From positions 54,104 through 118,103 of the forward strand of contig JAKOXV010000018.1 in NCBI GenBank assembly GCA_029780855.1: a DNA stretch of 64,000 nt. The letters are read 5' to 3'. The notes below the pieces were generated by a model. The model made no database searches. It saw only the letters and a list, made by a program, of their open reading frames with translations, and was not told where the DNA came from. The translations under genes and the position numbers were made by a program. This document shows, piece by piece, positions 51,328-63,668 of the stretch (the stretch's first letter is position 1; each line of letters opens with the position of its first letter). Origin of the DNA: a bacterium (lineage in GTDB: Bacteria > Patescibacteriota > Saccharimonadia > Saccharimonadales > JAUPVS01).

Positions 51328-52227
51328 TTATTTAGAATCCGAACCATCTCGCTCGAGTCGACGCCGTAGATTCAGAATTGCACTGCGGTTTCCCAGCCAG
51401 AACGACAAAAGTGCCACGATGACAATTATTAACAGCCACAACCACCATGGATAGGTCTGACAAATCTGAATAATCTTTGACCCCGTTCCATCTGAGCTTT
51501 TCTGGGCGACTGCTCCGTTAGCAATACCCACCACCTGCAAGAACGCTGAGTCCCCGTTTTTATCGGTAGCTATGATAATTATGTTATACACACCTGAGCT
51601 AGTATAGACGTGGGCTAAATCCATGTTGCCGGGGAATTCCTGACTCTTTAGATCTATCGTGCCATCGCCCCAGTCCACGCTTACCGCGTAAGGACCGGCA
51701 CCCCCCGATATGCTGATTGGCCAAGTGAGCGTGTCATTGGGATTAGCACCACGCTTCGCATAGTTACTAGTAAGCGATATACGCTTACCAACACCGCCAT
51801 ATTTTGCATCGTTAAAGGTCACGCTTACCGTATTTGAATCTGGCCCTGCTTGGTCTAGAGCATCGTATACCCGGGCAACCAAGTCGTTTTTACCGCTAAA
51901 AAGATCAATTTGCAATGAATAACTACCGTTCTGACACTGAATGGACCCGGCAAAGACCTGGTTTTTAAAGATCTTTACCAGCACATCTGCGGGACAAAGC
52001 CCCGACACTCTAACGGGGATGCTCGTAAAGGTCTGCCCATTAGTTGGCGTTGTGATAGTAGCACCAGTAGCAGGTGGTGGTGCAGCAACTTCACCCTGTA
52101 AACCAACTGAACCACTCTTCTGGGTGGCCGCAGCGACTGAGTTAATTGGCACGGCAGCAAAAAGGAGTACCGCAAAAAACCCTATTGCAAAGAAATATGA
52201 ATGAATTTTGAGGAATCTTTTCATCAC
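51328..52227 (-). CDS. Secreted Ig-like/PKD-domain protein with C-terminal TM anchor (299 aa)
   Basis: Signal peptide (FFAIGFFAVLLFAAVPINSVAA). PKD-like motif YAVSVDWGDGT...HVYTSSGVYNIIIIATDKNGDSA. C-terminal TM WWLWLLIIVIVALLSFWL. Confidence 0.7.
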   Translation of the reverse strand: MMKRFLKIHSYFFAIGFFAVLLFAAVPINSVAAATQKSGSVGLQGEVAAPPPATGATITTPTNGQTFTSIPVRVSGLCPADVLVKIFKNQVFAGSIQCQNGSYSLQIDLFSGKNDLVARVYDALDQAGPDSNTVSVTFNDAKYGGVGKRISLTSNYAKRGANPNDTLTWPISISGGAGPYAVSVDWGDGTIDLKSQEFPGNMDLAHVYTSSGVYNIIIIATDKNGDSAFLQVVGIANGAVAQKSSDGTGSKIIQICQTYPWWLWLLIIVIVALLSFWLGNRSAILNLRRRLERDGSDSK

Positions 52228-52265
52228 GCTTACCCTTTATACTAGCAGATACGTGCGCAGATTAC

Positions 52266-53252
52266 TTACCGGCGTTTGCGTGAGGGTCGCGAAACACCGC
52301 GGTAGCGTCGGTAAGCAATCCAGATACCGGCCACCAACAGCGCCAAAATAAGCAGAATGATGATTAACATCCAGAACGGAATGTACCAGACAGCTTTTTT
52401 GTACACTAATACATCAGAACCATTACCGTAAGAAATGCTCGCAAGAATCGTATACCTACCAGGACTTTTTACGTTTTTTATCTCGTCTTTAAAAATACGG
52501 GTACTGTTTGGAAGAATATTCGCTCGAGGGGTTATGTTATTTACCTCATACGAGTACACTTCTTTTCCGCTCATGTTTTTAACTACTACACGACCAAATG
52601 GTTTTGCAAAGCCGTTTCCAAAATTTTTGAGTTCTACCCCTACGTGGTCTGGGGGACTCGTAAAGAATACGCCTGAACTATCGCCACGATATGCGAGCAC
52701 GTTAGTGAGCTGCACTTGCTGCTTGATATTGCCGGGAACCTCAATCAAAACCAGCGTACTTACACTAGCCGATAGTGCTACTTCCCCATTTTGTGGAGCG
52801 TTAGATCCACCAGGTATTGCAAGATAGCGAATAATTCCAAAGTAGCCACCAGGAGGAATGCTGGCTGGCATCTGTACGAATACGGTGACATGCTTTGTTT
52901 CACCGGCCTTCAGGGGAACATCATCAAGACCTGCGACGTAATCACGAATACTAGTGGAACTTTTTTTGCTAGTATCAACGATAATCCTAGGATTACCGGT
53001 GGCATTATCGGATTCAAAATCATTTACATAGGGACGGGCTGTTATGTCACCTTCCGTAACATTCTTCAGTGTAATGTCGATTTTATCGGCTTCACCGGGT
53101 TTCAACGAAAGCTCTACACGCGTTGGCGAAATACTCAAACCACTGGAGTTTTTTTGCTGCGCTGCTACTGGTGTGGCTACAGCAAGCAAAAGAGTGGCGA
53201 CCGCAGCCAGCACAACTCTTTGTATAGATAGTTTTAATTTCCCTCGCTTCAT
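52266..53252 (-). CDS. Membrane-anchored two-domain Ig-like protein resembling PapD-like chaperones / DUF916-DUF3324 proteins of WxL loci (328 aa)
   Basis: Signal peptide. GLSISPTRVELSLKPGEADKIDITLKNVTEGDITARPYVNDF has chaperone-like first strands. A second beta domain follows (VGVELKNFGNGFAKPFGRVVVKN...PGRYTILASISYG). C-terminal TM FWMLIIILLILALLVAGIWIAY followed by RRYRG. Confidence 0.55.
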   Translation of the reverse strand: MKRGKLKLSIQRVVLAAVATLLLAVATPVAAQQKNSSGLSISPTRVELSLKPGEADKIDITLKNVTEGDITARPYVNDFESDNATGNPRIIVDTSKKSSTSIRDYVAGLDDVPLKAGETKHVTVFVQMPASIPPGGYFGIIRYLAIPGGSNAPQNGEVALSASVSTLVLIEVPGNIKQQVQLTNVLAYRGDSSGVFFTSPPDHVGVELKNFGNGFAKPFGRVVVKNMSGKEVYSYEVNNITPRANILPNSTRIFKDEIKNVKSPGRYTILASISYGNGSDVLVYKKAVWYIPFWMLIIILLILALLVAGIWIAYRRYRGVSRPSRKRR

Positions 53253-53311
53253 AGTGTATTTACGTTAATTGTAACAAAACGCTCCTGTCTTACAAAAAAT
53301 ACTCACCTTAA

Positions 53312-54601
53312 TCAGTACGTCGCAACCACAATAAAGTCTGCTTGCGCAGTGTAGGCACCGGTTGGTGTCGTGATACTGGGTGTGGCAGCAAACTTAAGCA
53401 CCAGGGCCTCGTCATCAACAACAGTTGATGAACTAGCTATTTGAGTGGCGGTACCACCCTCTACCCACGCGTAACCGGCCGAGTTACCAAACGTAGTCGC
53501 CGTTGCGCCGATATAGTTTGTGCTAGCCTTGAGATTGTTTGTGCCACTGGTTAATGCGCAGGAATAGGCGCTCGTAGAACCGCAGTTAGTGCCCGCAACG
53601 GTCATCCCAAACTTTTCTGTTCCAGCGGTAAACGTACCTTGCGTGCCACCTTGGGCATCGATACACTGGTCGGTGTTGACGCTACCGGCATTACAGGTTG
53701 AGCCAGAGACCCTTAGCGTACCGAGATGGTTCGTACCCGACTGCTGCACCGCCTTGTAACTAACCGTGGCACCGTTTACGGCGTTTGTCCGTAGCATAGC
53801 TACCGCATTCGTGTTACTACCTCCCGTGGTGGTAGATACCGGGGTTACTGATATGGTCGAAGAGTCAAGCGTTCCGAGGTTGACCGAAGATCCGCTCACG
53901 CCACTACAATCAGCAGCAACTGAAGTAGTAGCGTCATCAACCGCACTAGAACCAACACAGAATGATAATACTTCTTGGATTGCGGCGTTAATGGTAAGTG
54001 TTTGGGTTGTTGATGATGCTACGGTTCCCTGATCTAAGATACTGCCTACGGTGTAGGTATTGAGGTTGTAGGTGGTTATCCGCACAAAGAACGTACCGAT
54101 GGCCGTGGGGTTTTGGATACTGTTCAGCGTAAGGGTGTGGGCTGTTGTGCTAGTTTCTGCGGTGGTTGCACCGGTTCGTTTCATACACAAGACACTCGCG
54201 CTTGCCGTACAATCGTTTGCTCCAGTTGCATCCTTAGCAAAGCTTGTAGCATTATCGCCCCAGTTAGCCTGCGAGCTAAAGGTTGCGCTCGACCACGAGA
54301 ATCCTGTCGGAGCCGTACAAGTACCGAGTGCGGTAGTACAGACATTAAACTGTAGGCCGTTTACCGCTGTTCCTGCTCCCGTAGAAGCCGGTTTGAAGCT
54401 AAAGATATACTGCGTGGTTGCGCTCGAACCGGCACTAGACGCCGTACTTATAGACAATGAGCGGCTCGATAACTGTCCTGCCGCATAAGCTGGTGCTGAA
54501 CCAAAGGCCATAAATAGTCCGCTCGCCGCGATAACCATCGCTTGGACGACTACTACCAATATTTGTATTTTATTTTGCACCCGTTTGAATACTTTTTGCA
54601 T
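53312..54601 (-). CDS. Secreted T/S/G/A-rich beta protein, fibre-subunit candidate, paralog A (429 aa)
   Basis: Signal peptide ending APAYA|AGQL. Ten Cys in five conserved pairs. C-terminus PTGAYTAQADFIVVATY. Confidence 0.7.
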   Translation of the reverse strand: MQKVFKRVQNKIQILVVVVQAMVIAASGLFMAFGSAPAYAAGQLSSRSLSISTASSAGSSATTQYIFSFKPASTGAGTAVNGLQFNVCTTALGTCTAPTGFSWSSATFSSQANWGDNATSFAKDATGANDCTASASVLCMKRTGATTAETSTTAHTLTLNSIQNPTAIGTFFVRITTYNLNTYTVGSILDQGTVASSTTQTLTINAAIQEVLSFCVGSSAVDDATTSVAADCSGVSGSSVNLGTLDSSTISVTPVSTTTGGSNTNAVAMLRTNAVNGATVSYKAVQQSGTNHLGTLRVSGSTCNAGSVNTDQCIDAQGGTQGTFTAGTEKFGMTVAGTNCGSTSAYSCALTSGTNNLKASTNYIGATATTFGNSAGYAWVEGGTATQIASSSTVVDDEALVLKFAATPSITTPTGAYTAQADFIVVATY

Positions 54602-54678
54602 TCAGTCTCTCTCTGTTTTCTTAAATCTTTAAGAACATTATAACCATAATAGTAATAAAGCGCAAAATGCTTTTTTGG

Positions 54679-55731
54679 TTAAAATTGTGCAACCGCAATA
54701 TACGTTAGCGTCGTGGTGTACTGCCCGGGTTTCTGATCCCTTGGTATATTGACGATGTAGCTTACGGTCATCCGGGTATGATCGGTTGATGATGTAGCGC
54801 TTGCGACAGCATCACCCGTATTAAAGGCGAACTGATTTTGATTAGCATAGCTCCCTATTGGCGTTGCACTGCCAGAGCCGTCAGGCTCTGAGCCAACGCT
54901 AGGTACAGTATTTTGACGCAGATTCAGACCAAACTGCGGCTGGCCGGGGAGACTTGGGGTGGGGCTTGTAAGGGCCGTAATTGTATTATTACCGGATGTC
55001 ATTGTTGTACCACTCACGTACGCAACGTAGCCACCGGGGTCATTGGTAGCGATAGAAAACTGCGAGGTAGCGGTACGAACGGTAGTGTTACTCAGTGTTC
55101 CGAGGTTAATTGAGTCTCCATTTGCGCTTGAGCAGTCGATCGCTAGAGTCACCGCCACGCACAGCTTAATAAACGGCGGCACATAGGCACCAACAGAAAA
55201 AAAATTTTGGGTAGCATACGCAACCGCTCCTTGATCGGTCGATGAACCACTGCCATCCGTAGATGCAAATGTCCTAATTCGTACAAAAACCGTTTGGTTG
55301 GCAGTCGAAGGGTTGGTTATACCACTAAATTGGTAAGTGCTGGCAATGGGTGTCGCACCAGCTACGGGCCTAGTTAGTAGCAATGAAGTAGCGGTAGTAT
55401 TTCCGGCGTCTATACTAAACCCTACATTTCCTGATTGTTGACTCAGCGTAGCCCCACTGACGTCAAGGCCCGTCGGCGCAACACAGGGGTCCTCAAAAAG
55501 TGCGGAGTTACTACAGTACAAGAACTGTACCGACCCGACGTTTGAGGTAGAGGTGAACGTAAAACTGTACGTATATACCGCAGTTGCACTCGGTACCGCA
55601 GTCGATACGGCAACGCTTCTTTGTGACAGAATTAACGCCGAAACAACACTTGGGTTCAGAGCAGAAATAAGCAGCAAGGCCACACCAGCGGCTAAGGCAA
55701 AGAGCCGAATCTTGTGTTGTATAAAAGCCAT
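54679..55731 (-). CDS. Secreted beta-rich protein, fibre-subunit candidate, paralog B (350 aa)
   Basis: Signal peptide LLLISALNPSVVSA. Shares the blocks INLGTL..., GGY.A.V, FGLNL. C-terminus KPGQYTTTLTYIAVAQF. Confidence 0.7.
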   Translation of the reverse strand: MAFIQHKIRLFALAAGVALLLISALNPSVVSALILSQRSVAVSTAVPSATAVYTYSFTFTSTSNVGSVQFLYCSNSALFEDPCVAPTGLDVSGATLSQQSGNVGFSIDAGNTTATSLLLTRPVAGATPIASTYQFSGITNPSTANQTVFVRIRTFASTDGSGSSTDQGAVAYATQNFFSVGAYVPPFIKLCVAVTLAIDCSSANGDSINLGTLSNTTVRTATSQFSIATNDPGGYVAYVSGTTMTSGNNTITALTSPTPSLPGQPQFGLNLRQNTVPSVGSEPDGSGSATPIGSYANQNQFAFNTGDAVASATSSTDHTRMTVSYIVNIPRDQKPGQYTTTLTYIAVAQF

Positions 55732-55744
55732 GGAAAACCTTCCG

Positions 55745-57013
55745 TTAGTAGGTTGCTACCGCAATAAAGTCACTTTGAGCAGTATAAGAGCCGGTGGGTG
55801 TTGTAATACTTGGCGTAGCAGCAAACTTAAGTATCAGCGCTTCATTGTCCACGACCGTTGACGAGCTAGCAATCTGCTGTGCGGTGCCGCTTTCATCCCA
55901 GGCGAAGCCAGAAGAATTTCCAAAGGTTATTGCACTTGCGCCAATGTAGTTAGTGCTAGCCTTGAGATTATTTGTACCACTAGCGAGCGCACAGGAGTAT
56001 GACGTCACTGCGCCACAGTTTGTGCCAGCTACCGTCATGCCAAATTTTTCTGTCCCAGCAGTAAACGTCGCCTGAGTAGCACCTTGGGCATCGATACACT
56101 GATCGGTATTAATATTACCGACGTTACAGCTAGCTCCGGAAACCCGCAGTGTTCCTTGATGGTTTGTACCCGTCTGCTGAACCGCCCGGTAACTTACCGT
56201 AGCACCATTGACTGCATTAGTGCGCATCATTGCCACTCCATTAGTATTGCTACCACCACTGGAAACTGCCACTGGGGTTACCGAAACAATACTTGAATCC
56301 AGCGTGCCGAGGTCTACAGCCGTACCGCTAATAGCACTACAGTCAGCGCCCGGTGAAGTCGTTGCGTCGTTAACAGCTGTTGCACCGATACAAAAAACTA
56401 ACACTTCTTGGATGGCGGCATTAACGGTCAGTGTTTGGGACGTAGACGCTGCGACAGTGCCCTGATCCACGATACTGCCCGCCGTGTAGGTATTCGTAGA
56501 GTAGGTTGTGAGCCGTAAAAACCAGGTGGTATTGGCGGCCGCAACGTTTGTGGCACTATTAATGACAATTGTTTTTGCTGTTCCGCCGGCCGTTTCTGAA
56601 GTCGTGTCGGTTCGGTTCAAACAGAGCGTAGCGGTACCCGCTGTACAGTCATTTGCTCCTGTTGCATCTTTTGCAAAGTTAGTGGCCCCCGTCCAGTTTG
56701 ACTGGGATCCATAGGTGGCGCTAGCAAATACAGCCCCGGGGGAGTTACAGGTACCCAACGCTGTATCACATGCAGCAATCTTGATTCCTTGGACTTGTCC
56801 AGCAGTTCCCAGCTGGAAGCTTAATGTCCAGGTACTAGAGGCGCTCGGTACCGCGGTGGTGATTGCTACGGACCTCTGTGTAAGCTGACCAGCGGCATAC
56901 ACATTACCAAACAACAGCAGGGGAGCGACTAGTGCTATCGCAAGAACCGCGGCAGGAAGCGCAAGATATACAGAACGCAGCTGCTGCTTCAGAGGGGGGA
57001 TGCTCATTCGCAT
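55745..57013 (-). CDS. Secreted T/S/G/A-rich beta protein, paralog A' (422 aa), close relative of 53312-54601
   Basis: Long near-identical blocks with paralog A (for example GSNTN.VAM.RTNAVNGATVSY.AVQQ.GTNH.GTLRVSG). C-terminus PTGSYTAQSDFIAVATY. Confidence 0.7.
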   Translation of the reverse strand: MRMSIPPLKQQLRSVYLALPAAVLAIALVAPLLLFGNVYAAGQLTQRSVAITTAVPSASSTWTLSFQLGTAGQVQGIKIAACDTALGTCNSPGAVFASATYGSQSNWTGATNFAKDATGANDCTAGTATLCLNRTDTTSETAGGTAKTIVINSATNVAAANTTWFLRLTTYSTNTYTAGSIVDQGTVAASTSQTLTVNAAIQEVLVFCIGATAVNDATTSPGADCSAISGTAVDLGTLDSSIVSVTPVAVSSGGSNTNGVAMMRTNAVNGATVSYRAVQQTGTNHQGTLRVSGASCNVGNINTDQCIDAQGATQATFTAGTEKFGMTVAGTNCGAVTSYSCALASGTNNLKASTNYIGASAITFGNSSGFAWDESGTAQQIASSSTVVDNEALILKFAATPSITTPTGSYTAQSDFIAVATY

Positions 57014-57136
57014 TACTTCTCCTTATAATTGGTGTACTTTTGATTTTTGTTTATGTGGTATATGGTCCTGATTATAGTAAAGCGTTTTTGCTTTGTACAC
57101 CCTGTTAGAAAAAGTTATCCACAACTTACCATTCAA

Positions 57137-57928
57137 CTAGTAGGTCGCAACCACCACCAGATCCTGGTTCATAACGTAGTGGCCTGCCTTGCTTATGGGG
57201 CTCATGTTGGCGATGTACGAAATAGTATACGAAGTTTTCCCCCAGCCTTTGGCGCCCGATTGCGCCACAATATCACCCTTTACATACTTGAACAGACCAG
57301 GTGTGTTGTATCCGGCGGCTGCTTGACCAGCCGCAAAGGTACTATCTGGCGCCTGAGCCGGATTATTCCCCAAGTCACAACCAGCGCCACAGAAATTGGT
57401 GTTTTTAACCAGGTTCATACCGAACTGTTCAGTTCCCGGACTCGGCGCGGTGGCAGATGTGAGATTTGCAAGGGTCGCCCCTCCCTCACTGGTTGGCGGA
57501 TTCCCCATCGTTTGAACGGTGTACCCGCTATTGACATACGCTCGAACACTAAAGGTTGCACTGCCTGAGGCGGTGGAGCTTGCGCTCAACGTTCCAAAGT
57601 CAACTTGCGTAGTGTCTACGATGAACTCCAAAAACGGTTCGTTTGGCGTTAAGAATCCAGCTTCCGCCCCATAGTTACTACTCGCAACCGTCCCAACCCC
57701 TAATGATCCGGCAGATGCCTGACCGGAATAACTAGGTGAACTCAAATTATTATCAGCGCCGGTTCCCAGCTGGGCTTCTTCTATGCGATAGTTGGGCGAA
57801 CTATACTGGGCATGCACAGCACCCGGTAACGCAAATATTCCTCCAATTAGCGCAATTACAACAACTAACCTCGAGAGGTAGTGTTTTGTTACGTGTTTGT
57901 TTTCACCCCTAAACCACAAGCGCTTCAT
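57137..57928 (-). CDS. Secreted beta-rich protein, smaller paralog C (263 aa)
   Basis: Signal peptide ending GAVHA|QYS. Blocks VDFGTL, GYTVQ, EQFGMNL. C-terminus KAGHYVMNQDLVVVATY. Confidence 0.7.
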   Translation of the reverse strand: MKRLWFRGENKHVTKHYLSRLVVVIALIGGIFALPGAVHAQYSSPNYRIEEAQLGTGADNNLSSPSYSGQASAGSLGVGTVASSNYGAEAGFLTPNEPFLEFIVDTTQVDFGTLSASSTASGSATFSVRAYVNSGYTVQTMGNPPTSEGGATLANLTSATAPSPGTEQFGMNLVKNTNFCGAGCDLGNNPAQAPDSTFAAGQAAAGYNTPGLFKYVKGDIVAQSGAKGWGKTSYTISYIANMSPISKAGHYVMNQDLVVVATY

Positions 57929-57946
57929 AGTACTGTCATTGTAGCA

Positions 57947-58630
57947 TTAAATCGCCTGGAACGACTTGACGATGCGGGTGATCGTTCGGTCATCAGGCGT
58001 ATAGCGTAAATCTCGGTAATTGATTATGTACTGTGCCATTTCACCACTGGTGCGCCGAAGTGGTAGTTCGTAACTTCCACCGCTCTGAGTTACGAGAACT
58101 GAATACTGAGGTGTGTCAGGTACGCAAGGAAAACTGGTGCCATTCATAGTGACCATATGCGGCTTCATAAGTTCGTTTGCACCATACATCGTTCTACAGT
58201 GATCGGTCATACTGCTCGGCTGAAGCGAATTGTTGTGCACGATCGTACTTGGTAAAGCCCGGGATACATACAGATTTGCTGGGTTTTCATTTACGTAAAT
58301 AATAAGCTCGTGCTCTACCAGTCCGTCTTTGTGTTTATAGTAGACAAATTTGTTAGTAGTAGTGCTTTTATCAGCTTCCCAAGATCCTCCGGAATCTTCA
58401 AATTCAAAATAGGCAGTCTTGTAAACCTGTAATGCCGCAACACTACTCGCTTCTGAAAGCGCCGAACTTACCGCATCTTGCTGTTGCAAATCACGCCATA
58501 TTTTATAGGATCCAAACAAAACTGCTCCCACGATCAGTAGAATAAAAAACCCAAGCACAAACTTGCGACGCCGGTAGCGGCGAAGCTGTTTTCTTTGTAG
58601 AGAAGTGTCTGGATCGTACTGTATGCGCAT
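57947..58630 (-). CDS. N-terminally anchored extracytoplasmic protein, unknown function (227 aa)
   Basis: Basic N-terminus RRYRRRKF followed by the TM VLGFFILLIVGAVLFGSY. First gene of the minus-strand surface cluster. Confidence 0.6.
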   Translation of the reverse strand: MRIQYDPDTSLQRKQLRRYRRRKFVLGFFILLIVGAVLFGSYKIWRDLQQQDAVSSALSEASSVAALQVYKTAYFEFEDSGGSWEADKSTTTNKFVYYKHKDGLVEHELIIYVNENPANLYVSRALPSTIVHNNSLQPSSMTDHCRTMYGANELMKPHMVTMNGTSFPCVPDTPQYSVLVTQSGGSYELPLRRTSGEMAQYIINYRDLRYTPDDRTITRIVKSFQAI

Positions 58631-58725
58631 GTTTGTTTCTGATGTTAGCGCACAGGCCGTGCAATACGCTAACGCTTACTTTATACTGTAGGCATAGTAT
58701 ACCTTTTGAGTGGACGAAAATAAAC

Positions 58726-59744
58726 GTGCAAGACGATCAACAGAACAACTTACAGCAAGGCTCACTTGAGGCACAGGCACCCGTACACGAGGCGCCCTTA
58801 AGCCCCCAGGATGTATCGCTTGACGCCCCAACAGAACCCGGGGGTGCCGCTTTTAGCGAAGCGCCAAACCAACCCCAGGAAGTAATGCAGCCAAAAAAGA
58901 AACAACGATTATCGCTCAGAATAAAATCGTGGTTTAAGCGTTTCAATATATACGCTTTGGTGTTTTTTGCCCTACTCGCTTTTTGTATAATCGGGGTGTT
59001 CATCACCAATGAAATCCGCAGCCGCAACAATACTGACACCACCACCAAAACACTGAGCAACGATGCACTTGATCAGCTCAATAACAGCGATGTAAAAATT
59101 GGTGACCCTAAACAGGTGCTCGGCATAGAATCAAACACAATCTTTGCAGGAAAGGTACTTGTACGCGACAGCCTGGAGGTAGCTGGCTCATTAAAGCTCG
59201 GTGGTGAGCTATCTCTGCCCGGTCTAACGGTTGCTGGCACTAGCAACTTTGACCAAATAAAAGGTAATGATATTGCTATATCCAATAATGCTGCCATTCA
59301 GGGGCAGGTAACCATACAGAAGAGCCTCAATGTTAATGGCGGAGGTTCTTTTGCTGGAACGCTTTCAGCACCTCAGATTACCGTAGATACACTGCAGCTC
59401 AACAAGGATTTGCGACTTTCCCACCACATCGATCCTACTGGGGCAACCCCCAGAACTACTAATGGCACAGCGCTCGGTAGCGGCGGCACTGCATCGGTAA
59501 GTGGTACGGATACTGCCGGAACAGTGAGCATTAATACCGGTTCAAGCCCTCCTGCGGGCTGTTTCGCTACTATTTCATTTACCCAGAGTTTTACCGCAAC
59601 ACCGCACATCGCCTTAACACCCGCCAATTCCGCAGCCGCTTCACTCAACTACTACGTGAGCCGAAATGCCGCGAGTTTTTCAGTCTGTTCAGCAAGCACT
59701 CCGAGTGCCGGACAGAATTACATTTTTGACTTTATAGCAATCGA

Positions 59745-59748
<4 letters not shown>
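58726..59748 (+). CDS. Membrane-anchored protein with a beta-helix-like repeat region (bactofilin-like periodicity)
   Basis: TM IYALVFFALLAFCIIGVFI, then VLVRDSLEVAGSLKLGGELSLPGLTVAGTSNFDQIKGNDIAISNNAAIQGQVTIQKSLNVNGGGSFAGTLSAPQITVDTLQL. The start is uncertain: GTG 58726 was chosen, and the track ORF starts at 58633. Confidence 0.55.
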
Positions 59749-62228
<2,480 letters not shown>

Positions 62229-62232
<4 letters not shown>

Positions 62233-63668
62233 CGTTTTTGCTCCAGTAGACTACGCTTTTTCAATGCTTCTTTAGCTGCATCATAGGCTGATTCATCTTT
62301 TATACCAGCTGCAACCTCATTAGCGGCTTGGCGCATGGCTGACATATCCAACACTTCATTATCACCAAGATTGAGAACTATATCCATCATGAGCTGTTGG
62401 GCGAGCACCGAAAACGTTTCATTTGGCCCCTGGGTAACCAGCTCTTTTAATCGCTTACCCGTCATCAAATCGTGTTTGGCGGCAAGTGCAAGTTCTGAGC
62501 CGAAGCGGGAAAATTCTTCGGCACGTCTAAACGCCGAAAGAACCCGAAACGCTAGCGCAGCCAGCTCTTTCTGTCGTTTACTATGACCACGACCTCCCAC
62601 ACGAGTAACGCTCAGTCCGGTATTTAGCGCCGGTCGGACACCATCGCGAAAAATATCCATATCCAATATCCACTGGCCATCGGTAATGGACATAATGTTC
62701 GTTGGTAGGTAGCCTGTTACGTCCCCACTTGGTGTCAACACAATGGGTAGTGCCGTGAGCGTCTTATGGTTTGCCGATAATCTTCCGGCGCGTTCAAGCA
62801 AACTAGAGTGCGCATAGAACATATCACCAGGATATGAATCGCGCCCAGGGCTAATTCCTGAAAGCAAGGATATTTCTCGGTACGCATGTGCGTGGCTTGT
62901 CAGATCATCATAGACAACTACCACATCGCGATCCTGTTTCTGCCATAAATATTCACCCATCGCGCAGGCCACATACGGTGCCAGGTAACTCATAATAAGT
63001 GACTCAAACGACGTTGACACCACCACGATGGCATTTTTGAGCGCATCGTTCTCTTCGAGTTTAGACAGTAAGCTATCGACATCACTCCGCCGTTTAGCAA
63101 TCAACACATAGATTACCACGACATCGGTTCCTCGCTGATTAATCGTTAGTTGCGAAGCGAGGGAACTCTTTCCCGTTTTACTATCACCAAGTATGGCAAG
63201 GCGCTGGCCTTTTACTATTGGAAACAAGGCATCAACCGCTGTTACTCCGCTTTCTAGCAGATCGTTCAGTGCCTCACGGGTATATAGCGGCGGAGCGGCG
63301 TTGAATACCGGCCACACGCCGTCTGCTGCAATCGGTCCCTTCCCGTCAAGTGGCTCTCCGGTGACCGATACGACCCTCCCGATAAAATCGTTTCCAACCT
63401 TTGACACAAGCTCATCATGTTGCACTACTGCCAGGGTGCCGGGGCTGAGCGTTTTAGTACCTAGATGCAAAACGACTACATACTCTTCAAACACATGGTG
63501 CACAAAACCCTTACTTCCGTCATCAAACATAACCAGTGAATGTACACTCACCGGCTGCAAGCCTTTTACGCGAACCAAAAATTGGTCTACCCCGACTACT
63601 TCACCTACCGGCTTCCCAGATTTCACCATTTGTTCAAAATGTCGTGCAGCGGTTTGTGGAGCGCTCAT
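62229..63668 (-). CDS. atpA: F0F1 ATP synthase subunit alpha (479 aa)
   Basis: P-loop [43 protein letters not shown]. Confidence 0.95.

Noticed and set aside
52435-57568. Multiple 70-173-aa plus-strand ORFs (52435-52827, 52791-53231, 54072-54488, 55553-55861, 57047-57568 and others) antisense to the surface-protein genes
   Set aside because: The T/S/G/A-rich minus-strand genes use few stop-forming complements, so long antisense frames stay open. Their translations are compositionally odd and overlap better-supported genes.
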